A stretch of DNA of 64,000 bases from positions 370,510 through 434,509 of IMG/VR virus record IMGVR_UViG_3300032236_001850. One strand, written 5' to 3'. Positions 60,108-64,000 of the stretch are shown here, one piece after another. The number at the start of each line of letters is the position of its first letter. Position 1 is the stretch's first letter. The notes under the pieces are model-generated. The model did not search any database, was not told where the DNA came from, and was given only the letters and a program-made list of their open reading frames with translations. The translations under genes were made by a program, and so were the position numbers.

Positions 60108-62870
60108 TTATTTTAAATATCCAGTTCTTATTAGATAAAAGTTTGTGCTACCCCCGGTTAATATGCCATCTATGTTCATTACTTGTAAGCCTGGATATGT
60201 AGATTTTAGATTGGCAGTTCCCGAATTTATTTGTGACCATTCAACTGGTGTGAATATTCTATATGTTGGTGTTGAATTTGTCCATCCCGTAGATCCTCCG
60301 CTCTTAAAGTAAATTAAGAATATATCTGTTACTGATAAATTGTTATCGTTATTAACATCCATTCTGTAGAAATCCTTAGAATTGAATATTCTATTTAGAA
60401 CTTTTGTATTGAAGCTATATGCATCATTTATGGTTGGTGCAGAGATCGGAATGTTTTCTAATGCAATTCTGAAATCATTCGAAACTGATGACAATGTGGT
60501 TGTTATAAGATACTTCCCCGTTGAATCTGTCGGATATATTCCGTATAAGGTGTAAATTATCTGGCTTTTTACTCTGTAATATAATTTAACTGGAATTGCA
60601 TTTATGCCAGTATTTTCTGAATCGTAAACGTATCCATTATATGTGAATGGTGTGCTTACTAGGCCAGATTGGGAATAAGTGGTACATGAACCATTTGTTA
60701 CAACAGCTCTAAATAAAACACCATCTGTCTGATTAGTAAAAGTATATGAAGTTGTTGTGTTTGAAATATCCGTCCAGGTTACACCACTATCAGTGGATCT
60801 TTGCCATTTGGATACTGTTCCCGTATTTCCACTTAGATTTATAGTTCCTGATGTACCTGCATAAGAAGAAACAGAGCCTCCCGTTGGTGGTGCAAGTACA
60901 GAAACACTTACAACATTTGGATAAGTTACTACAGTACAACCTGTTGCTTGTATTTCAACTCTATAGTAATAAGTACCTGGTGCTGTAATTACTCCATTAG
61001 TCCAGTTTGATGTTGTTCCAGTAAGTGCAAAGTTATATAAAGTACCTGTGTTATTATTACCGCTTGTATCAGTTAAAGAAGTAATAGTATTTGTGCCGTT
61101 TGGATTTCCTTGATTAAATCTATAATATTCTACAAGTGAACTTGATGTACCTATCTCGGAATTCATATTTGATTGAATATCAGATTGTGAACGTACAACA
61201 TTCCAAATTCTTAACTCGTCTATTGTTCCATTAAAATATTGAATACCTGTTTGTATTGATCCTATACGTATTGAGGGTGGTGCACTTCTAAGACCTGTGG
61301 CACCGGTTGTACTGGCTTCTAATACACCATTAATATAAAGTTTCATGGCACCAGTTGAACCATCCCAAGTAGCCGCAACGTGTACCCAATTTCCAGTATT
61401 AATACTTGTAGTTGATTGAATGGTAACATCAGGAAGTCCAACACCAAATGCTAACTTACTATTAAGTAATGATGTACCAAAATCTGTTGTAGCACCACCA
61501 ACTTCAGCATCAACTATACCATTACCCTGATACCATTGTGATCCTGAAGGTGATGCTTGTGTTGTTTTAACCCAATACTCTATTGTAAAGGCATTAAGAC
61601 TAGGTTTAGGTATATTTACATAATCATTAGAACCATCTGTATTTAAAGCACCGCCATAAATAGTTTCACTTAAACTTGTGGTTGTATTTGCTATATCAGT
61701 CCAATTTACATTATCAGTTGATCTTTGCCATTTATTTATATTTCCGCTTTGTCCTGAAAGTGTTAATTGTACATTACCACCCGTACAAATTGTTCCTGTA
61801 GTTGTTGCCAGGGTTCCACCAATTGGAACTGTTCCTGTTTTTGTAACGACGACAGTACCATAAGCACCAACATTAGGTTCTTCTGCTCTAATAGTATTTG
61901 AAGCTAATGTTCCTGCGTTAGATGTGAAAACAACAGTTCCTATACCCGAAGCATTTGTTGTTAAGGTATAAGCTGATAAAGTTCCACCACCAACATCAGA
62001 AGACATAACTAAGTTAGTAGGCATTCCAACACCATTAACATCTTTTGTTGTAACGGTTATAGTTGATGTTAGAGCAGTACAAGAAATTGAATTAGATGAT
62101 GTTAAAACAATAGAAGCTACACCTTGTGAATAACTTCCGGTACTTGATAAAGGTGTTGAATTAGGTGCCACTAAAGCACTATAAACATCATGTTCTTCTG
62201 TTGCACCACCTGTTGCGGCAGTATATCCAAAATAGAAATCAGAAATTCCTACAAAATTTGTAGCTAGGTTAATTGAAACGGATAACGTAGCTGCAGTAGG
62301 ACGAGTAGTTGTATTTGATATACGTACTTCCAATATGTGAGTTACTCCGTTATACTCTATCCAATTATATTTCATTGCACCATCTGCTAAGTTAACTGGA
62401 GAAGCAACCACGTTTGTACTACCGGAGTGTAATACCCCATTTATGTCGAGTGCTATATGATTATTACCACCAACTTCACCATTGTCATAAGTATCATACT
62501 CAACTGCAATAGACTTTCCCGGCATTCCTTGATACCCTAGACCACCACCAGAACTACCTGCATTATTACTAGCTTGTTGAATACAGAATGTCATACCATC
62601 CGCTCTTGAACCAGGTATCATTTTTGATGTGAAATATGTGGAGAATGACATATCATCAGGAAGAGAAATTTTCTGTTTCCAGAAAGCTGATCCTGCTTGA
62701 TTACCAGCATTAGGGGTTAATCTTAAATATGAACTACTAATAATGGAAGCATTACCGTTAATTTGCCATCCACCAGCCGAACTAAAGTTTGGTGAATAGA
62801 TAGGAAGTGGAGTTTGTGCATTAATTAGTGTGCTTGTTATTATGCACAGGAATAATAATATTTTTCTCAT
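60108..62870 (-). CDS. Secreted multidomain adhesin: L-type lectin, LamG/ConA, Ig-like repeats, dockerin-like EF hand
   Basis: ADGMTF/AVEYDT lectin motifs; WVHVAAT, GTIDELRIWN; KWQRSTD repeat twice; DVNNDNNLSVTD. Confidence 0.75.
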   Translation of the reverse strand: MRKILLFLCIITSTLINAQTPLPIYSPNFSSAGGWQINGNASIISSSYLRLTPNAGNQAGSAFWKQKISLPDDMSFSTYFTSKMIPGSRADGMTFCIQQASNNAGSSGGGLGYQGMPGKSIAVEYDTYDNGEVGGNNHIALDINGVLHSGSTNVVASPVNLADGAMKYNWIEYNGVTHILEVRISNTTTRPTAATLSVSINLATNFVGISDFYFGYTAATGGATEEHDVYSALVAPNSTPLSSTGSYSQGVASIVLTSSNSISCTALTSTITVTTKDVNGVGMPTNLVMSSDVGGGTLSAYTLTTNASGIGTVVFTSNAGTLASNTIRAEEPNVGAYGTVVVTKTGTVPIGGTLATTTGTICTGGNVQLTLSGQSGNINKWQRSTDNVNWTDIANTTTSLSETIYGGALNTDGSNDYVNIPKPSLNAFTIEYWVKTTQASPSGSQWYQGNGIVDAEVGGATTDFGTSLLNSKLAFGVGLPDVTIQSTTSINTGNWVHVAATWDGSTGAMKLYINGVLEASTTGATGLRSAPPSIRIGSIQTGIQYFNGTIDELRIWNVVRSQSDIQSNMNSEIGTSSSLVEYYRFNQGNPNGTNTITSLTDTSGNNNTGTLYNFALTGTTSNWTNGVITAPGTYYYRVEIQATGCTVVTYPNVVSVSVLAPPTGGSVSSYAGTSGTINLSGNTGTVSKWQRSTDSGVTWTDISNTTTSYTFTNQTDGVLFRAVVTNGSCTTYSQSGLVSTPFTYNGYVYDSENTGINAIPVKLYYRVKSQIIYTLYGIYPTDSTGKYLITTTLSSVSNDFRIALENIPISAPTINDAYSFNTKVLNRIFNSKDFYRMDVNNDNNLSVTDIFLIYFKSGGSTGWTNSTPTYRIFTPVEWSQINSGTANLKSTYPGLQVMNIDGILTGGSTNFYLIRTGYLK

Positions 62871-64000
62871 AATAATAATCTTGTGCCCATCATCACTGTG
62901 TAATTCATGGCGCTATTTTTTAGATCGAATGCACCCCCAACATTTACGTTTATTTTAAATCTCTTGGTTAATCCTATATTTGTACCAACTATTGGTAAAA
63001 CAACTTGCGGGGATTTCAATAATATGTCATTATAATAACTAACATATGGACAATAGACATACAGAAGTAGCATTTTCATTTGGTATCTTTTTGACACCTT
63101 AAGATCATACATACCACCTGCTATTGCAGCTGTTCCTATAAATGGTTCTCCGTATACTTTTCCGAATGAGCCACTAATCATATAAACAACCTTAAAATTT
63201 TTAATCTTCTTGAATGATCTCATTTCTCCAAGTGCTATTGTTCCATAATATGACGTTTTAGTGTCAAAACCAAAAGTCAATGTTGTAGATATTAGATCAA
63301 TTTTTTTATCGCCTATAAAGGCATAAAATCCAGTTAAATTAGGTCCTTTTAATGCTGTTGTATAATCAGCCATCAATCCTGATGACCTTAATCCATCCCA
63401 TCTTGTTGATGTGAAACCACCTGTAAATTTACCTCCGTATGATGTTTCACTTTTCTTAAAATTAAATCCAACAAAATCACTACTCGCAAGAACTGTAGGT
63501 CTATTACCATTTTTACTTGCAGCAGATGATGCTGATTTTCCACCAGGTGTACTATTACCTATTGAATTTACTGAACTACCAACAAGATTTGTGGCTGGTT
63601 TATCTTCTTGTATGCTAGATGTTCCATTATTCTGTGTATTTGTATTACTATTTGCTTGTCCATTACCACTTGTTCCACTTGATGCTGATTGACCATTATA
63701 GTTTATTGATCCATTAGAACCTGAGGAACCATTAGAAGATACTGAACCATTAGAACCTGAGGAACCATTAGAACCATTAGAAGATACTGAACCATTAGAA
63801 CCTGATGAACCATTAGAAGATACTGATCCATTAGAACCTGAGGAACCATTAGAACCTGAGGAACCATTAGAAGATACTGAACCATTAGAACCTGAGGAAC
63901 CATTAGAAGATACTGAACCATTAGAACCTGATGAACCATTAGAACCTGAGGAACCATTAGAAGATACTGAACCATTGGAGCCATTAGAACCATTAGTACC
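62867..64000 (-). CDS. Ser/Gly/Asn-repeat protein with probable C-terminal outer-membrane beta-barrel (5' partial)
   Basis: Frame stays open from 64000 to the stop at 62867 (translated by hand); alternating beta-strand pattern at the C-terminus. Confidence 0.65.
   Translation of the reverse strand, partial: GTNGSNGSNGSVSSNGSSGSNGSSGSNGSVSSNGSSGSNGSVSSNGSSGSNGSSGSNGSVSSNGSSGSNGSVSSNGSNGSSGSNGSVSSNGSSGSNGSINYNGQSASSGTSGNGQANSNTNTQNNGTSSIQEDKPATNLVGSSVNSIGNSTPGGKSASSAASKNGNRPTVLASSDFVGFNFKKSETSYGGKFTGGFTSTRWDGLRSSGLMADYTTALKGPNLTGFYAFIGDKKIDLISTTLTFGFDTKTSYYGTIALGEMRSFKKIKNFKVVYMISGSFGKVYGEPFIGTAAIAGGMYDLKVSKRYQMKMLLLYVYCPYVSYYNDILLKSPQVVLPIVGTNIGLTKRFKINVNVGGAFDLKNSAMNYTVMMGTRLLL
63710..63996 (-). 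repeat. Coding tandem repeat of 18-nt units (SNGSSG / SNGSVS)
   Basis: GAACCATTAGAACCTGAG and GAACCATTAGAAGATACT interleaved. Confidence 0.9.

Noticed and set aside
63703-63993. Track ORF MVLMAPMVQYLL... and possible CRISPR array
   Set aside because: Wrong-frame reading of the SNGS repeat; the units are contiguous with no unique spacers.
1-64000. Stop-codon reassignment as in some large Bacteroidota phages
   Set aside because: Conserved genes are intact in code 11, and TAG terminates genes at expected positions.

Overview
This 64 kb window comes from a large, AT-rich, T4-like (myovirus-type) phage genome read in the standard genetic code. The host is most likely Bacteroidota. Evidence: TAnnTTTG -7 promoter elements, A-rich translation starts without Shine-Dalgarno sites, Gln at +1 of all six predicted secreted proteins, Hc1-like and DUF4494-like genes, and a tmRNA tag starting with Gly. 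Replication and nucleotide genes include a UvsW-like helicase, a family-B DNA polymerase split into two genes 14 kb apart, a probable clamp, two topo II subunits, NrdAB, dUTPase/dCTPase, ThyA, DHFR, Adk and a second TS-family enzyme predicted to act on dCMP. Repair genes are UvsE, Fpg, an MBD4-like glycosylase and RNase HII. Proteostasis and translation genes are tmRNA, DnaJ, cyclophilin, a RimK-protease fusion and an AAA ATPase. A cluster of secreted or outer-membrane proteins ends the window. The least explained features are: (1) about 15 proteins, including enzymes, that share a T4 capsid-targeting-like motif and sit behind a GATATATA promoter; (2) two mini-genes carrying isolated major-capsid-protein segments, one of them Gol-like; (3) a gene whose 5' and 3' UTRs are complementary and have mutually exclusive folds; (4) a nucleotidyltransferase / RNA ligase / HIGH module predicted to be packaged; (5) three promoter classes with fixed spacing. 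All family calls come from motif recognition by eye; no database searches were run.
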